Below are positions 1-9,226 of a stretch of DNA of 64,000 bases, in pieces (position 1 is the first letter of the stretch; each line of letters starts with the position of its first letter). The position numbers and the translations under genes are program-made. Where the stretch lies: contig CBDCSU010000006.1 in the NCBI GenBank assembly GCA_965221775.1, forward strand, positions 288,001 to 352,000. Direction: 5' to 3'. The notes under the pieces are model-generated. The model was not told where the DNA came from. It did no database searches and worked only from the letters and a program-made list of their open reading frames with translations. Origin of the DNA: Candidatus Latescibacterota bacterium. GTDB lineage: Bacteria; Latescibacterota; UBA2968; UBA8231.

Positions 1-384
1 GTCAACGTCTCACCCCACGACGTGTGCGAGGAGAACGGCAGTGTCGAGCTGTGGCCCGGCACTCATCGGATAGCTGATGTCGGGTCCGTGATCGACGCCG
101 AGACCGAAGCGGCGAGGCGCGCCGTGGTGCCGCCGGTGCGCGGCAACGCCCGCAAGGGCAGCGTGCTGATCCGGGACATGCGGCTCTGGCACCGCGGCGT
201 GCCCAACCGGTCCGACCGCCCGCGCCACATGATCGCCATGATCCACAACATCCGCTGGTTCCACCGGAGCCGCGTCGTGACCTTCGCCCGCGGCTGCGAG
301 TCCGCCTTCCCCGACTGCGCCCTGGACCACAACGCCGTCTTCAGCGACGAGCCGATCGACTACCTGTCTCTGGGGACGGGGTAG
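1..384 (+). CDS. Phytanoyl-CoA dioxygenase (PhyH) family protein, 5'-partial
   Basis: Frame is open from base 1 (VNVSPHDVCEENGSVELWPGTH...GSVLIRDMRLWHRG..N.SDRPR). These are the typical C-terminal PhyH motifs with the distal His. Confidence 0.8.
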   Translation, partial: VNVSPHDVCEENGSVELWPGTHRIADVGSVIDAETEAARRAVVPPVRGNARKGSVLIRDMRLWHRGVPNRSDRPRHMIAMIHNIRWFHRSRVVTFARGCESAFPDCALDHNAVFSDEPIDYLSLGTG

Positions 385-390
385 AGCCCC

Positions 391-1158
391 TCAGGCTTCG
401 TACATCACCGGGCAGATCCGGGGGTCGTCGAGGTGGGCGGTGTAGTATCCCTGGTCGCCGGGCACCGGCACGGCCCGCTCGTCGCGCAGATGCACGGCCA
501 GGCTGCAACGGGCCGAATTCGAGAGATTGGCGTTGGAGCCGTGGTAGGTCAGGCAGTGGTGGACGCTGAGCCCGCCCATGGGCATCAGCGCCGGCACTTC
601 CTCCCATGTCTGGCCCGCGGGCACGGTGATCTCCTCGCGCAGCTTGTGCTGGTCCTTGTCGAAGAAGTTCCCCCGGTCGAGGAACCCCCAGCGGTGGGAC
701 CCGCGCACGAAGAGCATCGGCCCCGACGCCGCGCCTACCCCGCCCAGGGCGATCCACGCCGTGAACAGCCCTTCGGCCTGCTGCCACATGCGCCAGTACT
801 GCCGGTCCTGATGCCAGCCGACATTCCCGGCCGACGCAGACCCCGGCGGCTTGATCAGCAACTGGCTCGCCCACACCTGCACCCGCCGTGAGCCCGTCAT
901 CCCGGCGACCTCACGTCCCACCTGGGGACAGGTCACCAGTCCGTACAGCCCCGTATCCGACCGGTGCGGATTGTTGATCTTGCACAAGAGCCGCGGATCG
1001 TAGCCGGGATGCTCGGTGGGCGGCAGCCCCGTGTCGAAGGATCCGTCGCGCACCGCCGCCATCCCCCGCAGCGCCTTCTTCAGCACATCGTCCGGGGGAA
1101 CCTGCTCGTCCGCGATGCAGTACCCGTCGCGCTCGTACTGCTCGACCGCTTGTTCCAT
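391..1158 (-). CDS. PhyH family Fe(II)/2-oxoglutarate dioxygenase
   Basis: Has GWHQD (HxD), TAWIAL, GPMLFVRGSH and HHCLTYHGS..N.S..R motifs. Confidence 0.88.
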   Translation of the reverse strand: MEQAVEQYERDGYCIADEQVPPDDVLKKALRGMAAVRDGSFDTGLPPTEHPGYDPRLLCKINNPHRSDTGLYGLVTCPQVGREVAGMTGSRRVQVWASQLLIKPPGSASAGNVGWHQDRQYWRMWQQAEGLFTAWIALGGVGAASGPMLFVRGSHRWGFLDRGNFFDKDQHKLREEITVPAGQTWEEVPALMPMGGLSVHHCLTYHGSNANLSNSARCSLAVHLRDERAVPVPGDQGYYTAHLDDPRICPVMYEA

Positions 1159-1257
1159 CTGTCTCTCCGAGCCCCCGGGCCGCGACTCCGGTTCGCCTTG
1201 CGGCTGTGGAGGGCTGCCGCGCGCGTTGCTTCCCGGGGCGAAGGGCGCTGTTGAGCC

Positions 1258-1677
1258 CTACGCGCCCGGGCCCGACGAACCGGCACCCCCCACCGGCCAG
1301 CAACCCTCCACGGCGCAGGCCTCCTCCGCCCCCGGCCAGGGCGGCATGGTGACGATGGCGATCTTCAGCGGCCGGTCGCCCACCGTCCGGAACTGGAAGT
1401 GGGCGCCCACGGGGATCGACAGGCTGGCCCCGGCGGAGACGTCGACGATCCGCTCCTCCTCGCCGAGGCGGCGCCACACCTGGCCCGCGCCGTCGAGGAC
1501 GTACCACAACTCCTCGACGGTGCGGTGGGCCACGGGCCGGGAGACCTGCCCGGGGTGCAGGGTGCAGTGGACCATGCTGCCGCGGCGGCTGCGGGCCAGC
1601 AGCCGGATCTCCGAGCCGTCCGGCGCCAGGACATCGTAGTCCCCCGCAGGCCGTTGGTAGTCCAGGGCCTGGCTCAT
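1258..1677 (-). CDS. Cupin domain protein (mannose-6-phosphate isomerase-like)
   Basis: C-terminal part of track ORF 1258..2268, starting at ATG 1677. Contains LAPDGSEIRLL, HRTVEELWYVLDGAG, IPVGAHFQFR and TMPPWPG. Confidence 0.85.
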   Translation of the reverse strand: MSQALDYQRPAGDYDVLAPDGSEIRLLARSRRGSMVHCTLHPGQVSRPVAHRTVEELWYVLDGAGQVWRRLGEEERIVDVSAGASLSIPVGAHFQFRTVGDRPLKIAIVTMPPWPGAEEACAVEGCWPVGGAGSSGPGA

Positions 1678-1700
1678 GGGGGAACCTGTGCTCACCGCGG

Positions 1701-3437
1701 TCAGGCGGTGAAGAAGGCGACCACGGTCCAGCAGACCGCCGCGAGGACGGCGGCCATCGAGGCCTGGGGGATCTGCGTCTTCACGTGGTCCATGAGGTCG
1801 CAGCCCGTGCACATCGAGCTGAGCACGGTGGTGTCGGAGATCGGCGAGCACTGGTCGCCGTAGACGCTGCCGTCCATGACCGCGGCGAAGCACAGGGTCA
1901 TGAACAGCTCGGGATGGGCCAGGCCGTGGGCGCCGGCCACCGCCCAGGCCAGGGGCATGGCCAGGGGGAAGGCGACGGCGTAGGTGCCCCAGCTCGTGCC
2001 CGTGGAGAAGGCGATGACGATGGTGATGACCTGCAGCAGGACGGGCAGCAGGAAGTAGGGAATCGCCGCGCCGAGCTGCTCGACGAGGAAGACGCCGCCC
2101 CCCGTCTCCTTGCTGATGCCGCCGATGGTGATGGCCAGCAGCAGGATCACCGAACCGAGGACCACCCCCTTGAGGCCGTCGTGGAAGCCGGAGACCAGGT
2201 CCTTCAGCGACATGCCCTTGGCCAGGGCCATGCCGGCGGCCAGCAGCAGGGCGAAGCCGAAGGCCCACTGCACGTTCGGCGACCCGGAGGCGATGAAGGT
2301 GCCCACGGCGATGGCGATGAGCGAGCCCAGGGGCAGGAAGAACTCGAGGATGTGCGGCTTGTAGCCCTCGGGAACGTTGCTCCCCTGCAGCTCCTTGGCG
2401 CTAAGGGGGGCGGCCCCCTCGGCGTCCAGCTGGCCGGTCTCGCGGGAGCGCTCCATGGCCGCCCGCAGCCGCCCGCCGAGGAAGTAGGGCTTCTCGATGC
2501 TGAGGAGGAACGTCCCCAGGACCGCGAAGATGGCGTAGAAGCAGAAGGGAACGCTATCGAAGAAGAAGTTCATCCTGTCGCTCTCGGTGGCCAGGAAGCT
2601 GACGCCGGAGACGAAGATGAAGGCCTGCACGTACCCGGGCCAGGCGTTGAAGGCGAGCTGGGAGGCGATGGGAGAGGCGGTGGAGTCGACGATGTAGGCC
2701 AGCTCCTCGTGGCTGACCTTCTCCTTGTCGGCGATCGGCTTGACCGTGGTGCCCACGAGGACGGTGCTCACCGTGCCCCCCTGGAAGAACACGACGCCGA
2801 GCATCCAGGCCACCAGCTTGGCGCTGCGGGGGCCGCGGACGAAGCGCACGGTCATGAACTCGGCGAAGGCCTGGGCCGCGCCGGTGCGCGACCAGATGCC
2901 CATGAGGCCGCCCAGGAGCCACAGGTAGAGGAGCAGGACCCCGGCGGCGTTGGTCGAGGCCAGGGAGGGGATGAGCACGTCCCCGGTGAAGTCGTAGCGG
3001 GTCAGCAGCAGGGCGCCGGCGACGATGCCTCCCAGCAGGGAGGGCACCGGCTCCCGGGTGAGCCAGCACAGGAGCACGGCCACCACCGCGGGCAGCAGGG
3101 ACCAGAAGCCCCAGTGGTGCTTGGCGATGAGCTGGTAGTAGAGGGTCCGGGCCTCGCCACCGATCAAGGTCTCGACATAGGCGAACTCCTCCATGACCGC
3201 GGGCTCCTCGTTCGAGCCCTCGATCCGGTCGGGATTGAGCACGGCCTGCTTGATGGGGACGGCCTCGAAGTGGACGGGCTTCTTCTTGTAGATGTAGTAG
3301 AGCCGGCCGTCGGCGTCGGTCTGGACGTCCAGGGCCACCTGCTCCACGGTCCAGGTGGGAGGCACGTTGGCGCCGACGATCCAGGACACGATCAGGGCGG
3401 CGGCGAAGATGATGAATTTGCGCTGGCCGGGGGTCAT
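1701..3437 (-). CDS. Na+/H+ antiporter NhaC-family membrane transporter
   Basis: Multi-TM protein with [45 protein letters not shown] and DHVKTQ motifs. Start taken at ATG 3437 after a GGAG SD. Confidence 0.85.
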   Translation of the reverse strand: MTPGQRKFIIFAAALIVSWIVGANVPPTWTVEQVALDVQTDADGRLYYIYKKKPVHFEAVPIKQAVLNPDRIEGSNEEPAVMEEFAYVETLIGGEARTLYYQLIAKHHWGFWSLLPAVVAVLLCWLTREPVPSLLGGIVAGALLLTRYDFTGDVLIPSLASTNAAGVLLLYLWLLGGLMGIWSRTGAAQAFAEFMTVRFVRGPRSAKLVAWMLGVVFFQGGTVSTVLVGTTVKPIADKEKVSHEELAYIVDSTASPIASQLAFNAWPGYVQAFIFVSGVSFLATESDRMNFFFDSVPFCFYAIFAVLGTFLLSIEKPYFLGGRLRAAMERSRETGQLDAEGAAPLSAKELQGSNVPEGYKPHILEFFLPLGSLIAIAVGTFIASGSPNVQWAFGFALLLAAGMALAKGMSLKDLVSGFHDGLKGVVLGSVILLLAITIGGISKETGGGVFLVEQLGAAIPYFLLPVLLQVITIVIAFSTGTSWGTYAVAFPLAMPLAWAVAGAHGLAHPELFMTLCFAAVMDGSVYGDQCSPISDTTVLSSMCTGCDLMDHVKTQIPQASMAAVLAAVCWTVVAFFTA

Positions 3438-3601
3438 GTGGGGTCTCCAGAGGAAGGACGGAGCGCGGCGGAGGCATCGCCGGGGCTGCGGGCGAGCAAC
3501 CCTCGGGACCACGAAAGGGGCTGCATCTGCGATGGTCAAGGGATTCCCGGCGGCGGCGCCAAGGTGGCGCCGTATCTTTCGGTCCACCCCGGAAGCATGC
3601 C

Positions 3602-4768
3602 ATGCACACCACTCTGTACATCTCCTGTCTCCTTCTCCTCGCGGCGGCGATGCCCGGCTGCGACCGGGACCGAGACAAGTCGGCCGGCCCGGAGAGCACG
3701 GTCAAGGTCGGCTTCCTCGTTTCGGGCGATCGCGCCTCGTACGCGGACGCCGCCGGCATCGCGGTGGACGAGATCAACGACGGCGGGGGCCTGCTCGGCC
3801 GGTCCCTGGAGCTCGTCATCCGGTCAGGGATCGAGGAGCCTTCGGTCTCCGTCGAGACCGCGGAGCAGATGATCGTCGACGACGAGGTGATCGCCCTCAT
3901 CGGGCCCAATCGCTCCTCCCACGCCTTGGTCGTGGGCGAGACGGCGCAGCGCCACGGGCGGCCCATGATCACCACCTCCGCCACCAACCCGGATGTGACC
4001 CGGGCCGGCGGCTTCGTCTTCATGGCCGCCTTCACCGATCTCTTCCAGGGGGGCGTCATGGCCCGTTTCGCCCGCGAGGAGCTGGGCCTGGAGGGCGTCG
4101 CCGTGCTGACCCTGCGCGGCGAGGTCTACACCGAGGGGATCTCCGAGATCTTCGTCTCCGGGTTCCGCGGTTCCGGCGGGACGGTGGTTGCGGAGGTGCT
4201 CTTCGACCGGGGAGAGACCGACTTCGGCGAACCCCTGGGCCGCCTGGCCGCGGCGGGGGCGGGAGCTCTCTTCATCTCCGGGTTCGTGGAGGAGATCGCC
4301 CTCGTGACCCGGCAGGCCCGGTCCCTGCCGCTGCTCGACCCGGCGGGCGAACCGGCGCTCTTCCTCGGCGCCGATTCCTGGGACAACCCGGACCTGCTGG
4401 CCCACCCGGCGGCCGAGCTGGAGGGCAGCTTCTTCAGCACCCACTTCTCGCCGGACACGGACGAGCCGGGGGCGCGCGCCTTCGTCGACGCGTACCGGTC
4501 CCGGTTCGGCGCCGCCCCCACCGGCGGGGACGCCGTGAACTACGACGCCGTGCGGCTGCTGGCCCAGGCGGTGGAGCGGGCCGGCCGCCTGGACCCGGAG
4601 GCGATCCGGGCGCAACTGGCCGCCACCGAGGACTATGCCGGGGCCACGCGGATCGCCGGGTACGACGACAACCGTCACCCCGCCAAGAGCGCCGTGATCA
4701 TGACCATCCGCGACGGGGAGAAGCTCTTCCACCGTCAGATCGACCCGCCTCCCGGCGGGCATCGATAG
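3602..4768 (+). CDS. Branched-chain amino acid (LivJ/K-type) ABC substrate-binding lipoprotein
   Basis: Signal peptide ending ...AMPGC. Contains [32 protein letters not shown] and YDAVRLL motifs. Confidence 0.85.
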   Translation: MHTTLYISCLLLLAAAMPGCDRDRDKSAGPESTVKVGFLVSGDRASYADAAGIAVDEINDGGGLLGRSLELVIRSGIEEPSVSVETAEQMIVDDEVIALIGPNRSSHALVVGETAQRHGRPMITTSATNPDVTRAGGFVFMAAFTDLFQGGVMARFAREELGLEGVAVLTLRGEVYTEGISEIFVSGFRGSGGTVVAEVLFDRGETDFGEPLGRLAAAGAGALFISGFVEEIALVTRQARSLPLLDPAGEPALFLGADSWDNPDLLAHPAAELEGSFFSTHFSPDTDEPGARAFVDAYRSRFGAAPTGGDAVNYDAVRLLAQAVERAGRLDPEAIRAQLAATEDYAGATRIAGYDDNRHPAKSAVIMTIRDGEKLFHRQIDPPPGGHR

Positions 4769-4790
4769 CCAGCCGAAGGAGACGGGAACC

Positions 4791-5879
4791 ATGCGCATCG
4801 AGAGGATCGAGACGATCGAGCTGGAGCTGCCCTGGGGTCCGCCAGGCAACGGCGCCTCCCGCACGTGGCCCGTCCATCGCGTGCACACGGACAACGGCCT
4901 CGTGGGCATCAGCCGCGGCGGCAGCCGCGACCTGATCGAGCGCCACCTGGCGCCACTCCTCGTCGGCGAGGACCCGCGCCGCACGGCGCGGCTGTGGCAG
5001 AGGATGTACGACGCCGCCTGGGGCTTCGGCGGCCCGGGGCGCGCCGCCATGAGCACCATCGGCGCCCTCGACGTGGCCCTCTGGGACCTCTACGGCAAGG
5101 CCTGCGGCGAGCCGGTGTGGCGGCTGCTGGGCGGCTGCCGCTCCCGGGTGCCGGTCTACGCCGACGGCATCGGCTATGCCGACGCCGACGCCGCCGAGGT
5201 GGCGGCACTGGTGGCGAAGCACGCCGCCCTGGGCTACGAGGCCGTCAAGTTCCACCTCACCTCACCGGAGCCGGAGATCGCCCTGGCCAAGGTCGAGGCG
5301 TCCCGGCAGGCCCTGGGCCCGGACCGCCGCCTGATGATCGACGTGCGCCGCCTGTGGGACGGGCATCTGGCGGCGCGCATGGCGCGGGCCTTCGCGCCGT
5401 ACGACCTCTACTGGATCGAGGAACCGACCCGCGGCGACGACGAGCCCGGCCAGCTGCGCATGGTGCGCGAGGCGGCCGGCCCCGCCCTGGTGGCCGGCGG
5501 CGAGGGGGAGGGCACGATCTACGGGACCCGCCGCCTCATCGTCGAGGGGGGCCTGCAGGTGGCGCAGAGCGACATCCTCATCGGCGGCGGGTTCACGGGG
5601 CTCATGCGCATCGCGGCCGTGGCCGAGTCGCACCACGCCCACGTGGCTCCCCACGGCGCCAGCTTCCCCGAGATCAACTGCCACCTCGTGGCGGCCGTGC
5701 CCAACGGCCTGATCATCCCCGCCTGCCCCCACACCGAGCCCTACCAGATCTGGTCGCGGCTCTACGACCCGCCCTTCGCGGTGACCGATGGAGAGGTGGA
5801 GATGACGGAGCGGCCCGGCCTCGGTCTCGACTTCGACGAGGCCTTCCTCGAGGAGTTCAGGACGTCGCCGGAGGCCTGA
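4791..5879 (+). CDS. Mandelate racemase/muconate lactonizing enzyme family (enolase superfamily)
   Basis: Contains LDVALWDLYGKACGEPVWRLLGG, metal ligands MID, WIEEP and GGE, and APH. Confidence 0.9.
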   Translation: MRIERIETIELELPWGPPGNGASRTWPVHRVHTDNGLVGISRGGSRDLIERHLAPLLVGEDPRRTARLWQRMYDAAWGFGGPGRAAMSTIGALDVALWDLYGKACGEPVWRLLGGCRSRVPVYADGIGYADADAAEVAALVAKHAALGYEAVKFHLTSPEPEIALAKVEASRQALGPDRRLMIDVRRLWDGHLAARMARAFAPYDLYWIEEPTRGDDEPGQLRMVREAAGPALVAGGEGEGTIYGTRRLIVEGGLQVAQSDILIGGGFTGLMRIAAVAESHHAHVAPHGASFPEINCHLVAAVPNGLIIPACPHTEPYQIWSRLYDPPFAVTDGEVEMTERPGLGLDFDEAFLEEFRTSPEA

Positions 5880-6984
5880 CGGGCCCGGCGAAGAGCTCGT
5901 CGGGCAGGATGCTGGCGGTCTCGACGGCGTGCCGGTGCTCGGGCAGCCCCTCGGTGGTGACCACGCCCAGGGCGGTGAAGCGCCCGCTCTCGCCGCTGGC
6001 GCCGCTGCGGTTGCCGCCGCTGTGCCCGCGCAGCCAGTCGGCGTCGATGACGCGCTCGCCCTTCCAGAGGCCGCGGGTGGCGTTGAGGTGCCCGAAGCGC
6101 GCCAGGTCGGAGGCGCTGATCACCACCCACCCGGGGCCGCTGCGGACGGCGTGGCCGCCGATCTCGTACGGCGGGTCGAGGTAGGTGTAGGTGTCGGGGA
6201 TCGTCGGGTAGAGGAACTTCCGCTCCTTGACCTCGCCCCCCGGCAGCCAGTCCCAGCGCCCGGCGGGGATGCCGATGGCGTCGAAGAGCCGCTCCTGCAC
6301 CACGTCCTTGAGGTCGCGGCCCCAGGCCGCGGTCAGGGCCTGCCCCAGGCGCCAGAAGCCGGCGCTGCTGTAGAGGCCCACGGTGCCCGGCTCGGCGTGG
6401 GAGTAGCAGTCGAAGAAGGGGTCCCCCGTCCACCTGGCCCACGCGGGCACGCCGGGGACGGCATCGGCCTCCTCCAGGCCGGTGCGCTTCTCGCGCCAGC
6501 GGTTGCCGATCTCGAAGGGGAACCCGCCCCAGTGCACGCTCTCGTCCCGCCGCCCCACCAGGTGGCGCCAGGTCAGCCGCTCGTGATGGCCGGCGGTGAG
6601 GTACTTGTGCGGATGAGAGAGCTGGCCCTCGCCGGTCCAGGTGCGGTGGATCGGCTCGTCCGGGTCGAGGAGCCCGTCGGCGGCCGCCGCGCCCAGGACC
6701 ACCCAGGTGAGGGCCTTGCCCACGGAGGCGGTCTGGTGCCGGTAGTGGCGGTCTCCCCAGGCGTGCACGAGGCAGCCGCCGCGAGTCAGGACGGCGCCGT
6801 AGCGATTGCCGCCGTGGTCCTCGCCCCCGAAGCGGGCGCCGCGCACCTCGAGCCCGGCCAGCCAGCGCGCGAACCCCTCCGGGTCGAGGCCGGCCTGCTC
6901 CGGCGTGACCTGCACCCAGTCCTCCTCCGGGTAGGTGACCCAGCCGGGCACCTCGACGGTGTGCGTGGGAGCGATGAGGTCCAT
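5857..6984 (-). CDS. Serine hydrolase (beta-lactamase/penicillin-binding-like family)
   Basis: SxxK (ASVGK), PGT..LYSS, LFDAIGI and ISASDLARFG..L..G.W.GERVI motifs. Start taken at ATG 6984. Confidence 0.8.
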   Translation of the reverse strand: MDLIAPTHTVEVPGWVTYPEEDWVQVTPEQAGLDPEGFARWLAGLEVRGARFGGEDHGGNRYGAVLTRGGCLVHAWGDRHYRHQTASVGKALTWVVLGAAAADGLLDPDEPIHRTWTGEGQLSHPHKYLTAGHHERLTWRHLVGRRDESVHWGGFPFEIGNRWREKRTGLEEADAVPGVPAWARWTGDPFFDCYSHAEPGTVGLYSSAGFWRLGQALTAAWGRDLKDVVQERLFDAIGIPAGRWDWLPGGEVKERKFLYPTIPDTYTYLDPPYEIGGHAVRSGPGWVVISASDLARFGHLNATRGLWKGERVIDADWLRGHSGGNRSGASGESGRFTALGVVTTEGLPEHRHAVETASILPDELFAGPVRPPATS

Positions 6985-7014
6985 GGGGGAAACCTCGTGT
7001 GCTGTCCGCCGCCG

Positions 7015-7044
7015 CCGCAAGCCGCGCGGGACCAGCCGGCGGGC
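7015..7044. repeat. 30-bp direct repeat, left copy (CCGCAAGCCGCGCGGGACCAGCCGGCGGGC)
   Basis: Exact second copy at 8196-8225. A partial third copy (GCCGCCGCAAGCCGCGCGG) lies at 8242-8260. Confidence 0.9.
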
Positions 7045-8195
7045 TTGGGGAAAGGAAACCGTGGATCAAATGCGGGATCTGGTGCCGGCATGGTCGGGAA
7101 GCGGCTAATGTATCCGGATCTGACGAAGTAGGAGAGGAACTTCATCGCTCGGGCATCAGGACCACGTTCTTACCGCTGTCGTGGTCCTTCTCAAGGCGGT
7201 CCAGCTCTGCAATGTCGCTGAGGATCTTCTCGAGCCTCTCGATGTGTCCTTGGTCTGTCATCAGACTTCCTTTCCAGTAAGGGCGTGTTGGTTCTTCCTC
7301 GTGGAGCAGGGGCTTAGGTGGGCCGTCTCTTGCTCCATCCCTTCATGGCATACCGATCCAAGGACTGCAAGGGAAAGCTCGGAAAGCTCCCTTGCAGTCC
7401 CTTCCAGGCAGAGGACCGTCACGTACGGGTCCGGGTACTCCTGCGCCCGGAACAGACCTGACAGCTTGGTAAGGTTCGCCTCCGTCAAGTAGAGACTGCT
7501 GTTTTCCGTGCTGGCGTAGTGGTTCACTTGCGAGCTACACCCTTTGGTAGGTTGATATTGGCGGGTAGGGGTTACTGGAATGGATACAGCTACGATTAGG
7601 GCAGTTACTTCTCAGGATGGACATTACGCCTCCCTTCACCCGCATGGAACGTGAGTACGACCTGATCCGACTCCAGCAGTGTTCCCGCTGGAGTCGGGCG
7701 GTGTGTCAACATTCGCGCAGGGTACTGCGGGAAGGTCCCTACCTATTCACCAGGCACGGGGAGCTGCCTCATGCCGCTTGTATACTCGGCGGGTGAACTC
7801 TCCCTTCCGTCTACCTTCCCACTGGAAGGATCGGACTCTACATAAATCACACTGTGTAATTTCTGAGCTTGTCAGCAACCTTGTGGGTCAGGCGTGGATC
7901 TCAGCTAAGGACGGGCATGGGGTCTGCCCTTCCATCACTTGGAAGCTGGCGACAGTATGAAGGACCTACTCTCTCTCCTCTATCTGCAGGGCCAGACTTT
8001 TCTCGGGATCTCGGCAAGATCCGGCAAGCATGCCTTGAAGGGCTCGGCGGCGTAGTTCCGCCAAGTGTCGCGCTCGTTCATGCGATTTTCCTCCAATAGC
8101 TTGGTTCCAGGCTTCCAGTATGGGAAGCCGTGGTTTCTTCCCGACGATAGGGATTTAATGTGCAGTAGTCAAGACGCGCTGGTTTATCCACAATC
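7045..8195 (-). pseudogene. Lower-GC insert with degraded small ORFs, between direct repeats
   Basis: Visibly more A/T-rich than its flanks. Short minus-strand ORFs have GGAGG SDs (ATG 8081) and TGATG/ATGA overlaps (7527-7261, 7261-7142, 7145...). Stops occur in all frames. Confidence 0.5.
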
Positions 8196-8225
8196 CCGCA
8201 AGCCGCGCGGGACCAGCCGGCGGGC
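8196..8225. repeat. 30-bp direct repeat, right copy
   Basis: Identical to 7015-7044. Confidence 0.9.
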
Positions 8226-8428
8226 GTTACCCCGGTTGGTGGCCGCCGCAAGCCGCGCGGACCCGATCCGCAGCCGCTCCAGGTCGGGCGGGTTCGCGTC
8301 GCCGCATTGTCACCGCCACAGGCCGGGCGCGCCCCCGGCCGCGGGCGTTGTCCCGGGTCGCGGCACGGGCCTACACTTCCCGCGCCGGCCGGGATCGCTC
8401 CGGCGGGCCTGACCCTCGAGACGAATAG

Positions 8429-9226
8429 ATGCCCTCCACCCCTCTGAACACCGATCCCGCGCGCTTCGCCGAGCTGGGCTACTGCCTCTTTCCGGACGTC
8501 CTGACCGCGGCCGAGGCCGGGGATCTGCGGGCCATGCTGGAGGAGGCCCTGGCGACGCCGCTGCCGCAGCCCTCCGGCCGCGCCCTGGACCGCGACAGCT
8601 ACGTGGGTGAGCCCCACGTGAGGGACCTGCGCTGGCTGGACCTCTGCCGCCACCCGCGGGTGCTCGACGCCGTCGAGTCGGTCCTCGGGCCGAACCTGGT
8701 CCTGGTCTACTCCTCCGTCTTCATCAAGCAGCCCGGCTCCCCGGTGAAGGTGGGCTGGCACCAGGACAACACCTACTGGCCCAGCGTCCACGGCACCGAC
8801 GTCGTCACCCTGTGGCTCGCCGTCGACGACGCCGACGCATGCAACAGCGCCATGAAGGTCATCCCCGGCTCCCACCGCGGCTGGCGCGAGCTGGAGACCG
8901 TCGACTCCGGCGACGACCAGATGCTCCGGCGCAGCGTGCCCGTTTCCCCGGAGCAGGAGGCCTCGGCGGTGACCCTGGAGATGGGCGCCGGCAGCCTGTC
9001 GATCCACGACTCCTTCATCCTCCACGGCAGCGACGCCAACGGCAGCGGCCGGAGGCGCGCTGGATACACCGTCCGCTACTGCAGCACCGACAGCGCCTGG
9101 GTCGACGTGGACAGCCATCCCCACCGCGTCTTCCTGGTGCGCGGCGGGGCCGGCTCCAGGGGCGATGGCTACACCAGCCTGCTCCCCGGCGTGGAGGCCA
9201 CCGCGGAGCTGCTGATCGAGTCATGA
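8429..9226 (+). CDS. PhyH family Fe(II)/2-oxoglutarate dioxygenase
   Basis: Has GWHQDNTYW, VTLWLAVDD, MKVIPGSH and ILHGS..N.S.RRR motifs. Confidence 0.9.
   Translation: MPSTPLNTDPARFAELGYCLFPDVLTAAEAGDLRAMLEEALATPLPQPSGRALDRDSYVGEPHVRDLRWLDLCRHPRVLDAVESVLGPNLVLVYSSVFIKQPGSPVKVGWHQDNTYWPSVHGTDVVTLWLAVDDADACNSAMKVIPGSHRGWRELETVDSGDDQMLRRSVPVSPEQEASAVTLEMGAGSLSIHDSFILHGSDANGSGRRRAGYTVRYCSTDSAWVDVDSHPHRVFLVRGGAGSRGDGYTSLLPGVEATAELLIES

Noticed and set aside
8184-8192. Perfect DnaA box TTATCCACA
   Set aside because: Single copy with no box cluster, no DUE and no dnaA/dnaN context. Not evidence of oriC.
7015-8260. Repeats as a CRISPR array or integron attC sites
   Set aside because: Only two full copies 1.15 kb apart plus a partial one. 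No regular spacers, no RYYYAAC/GTTRRRY pairing, and no cas or intI gene.
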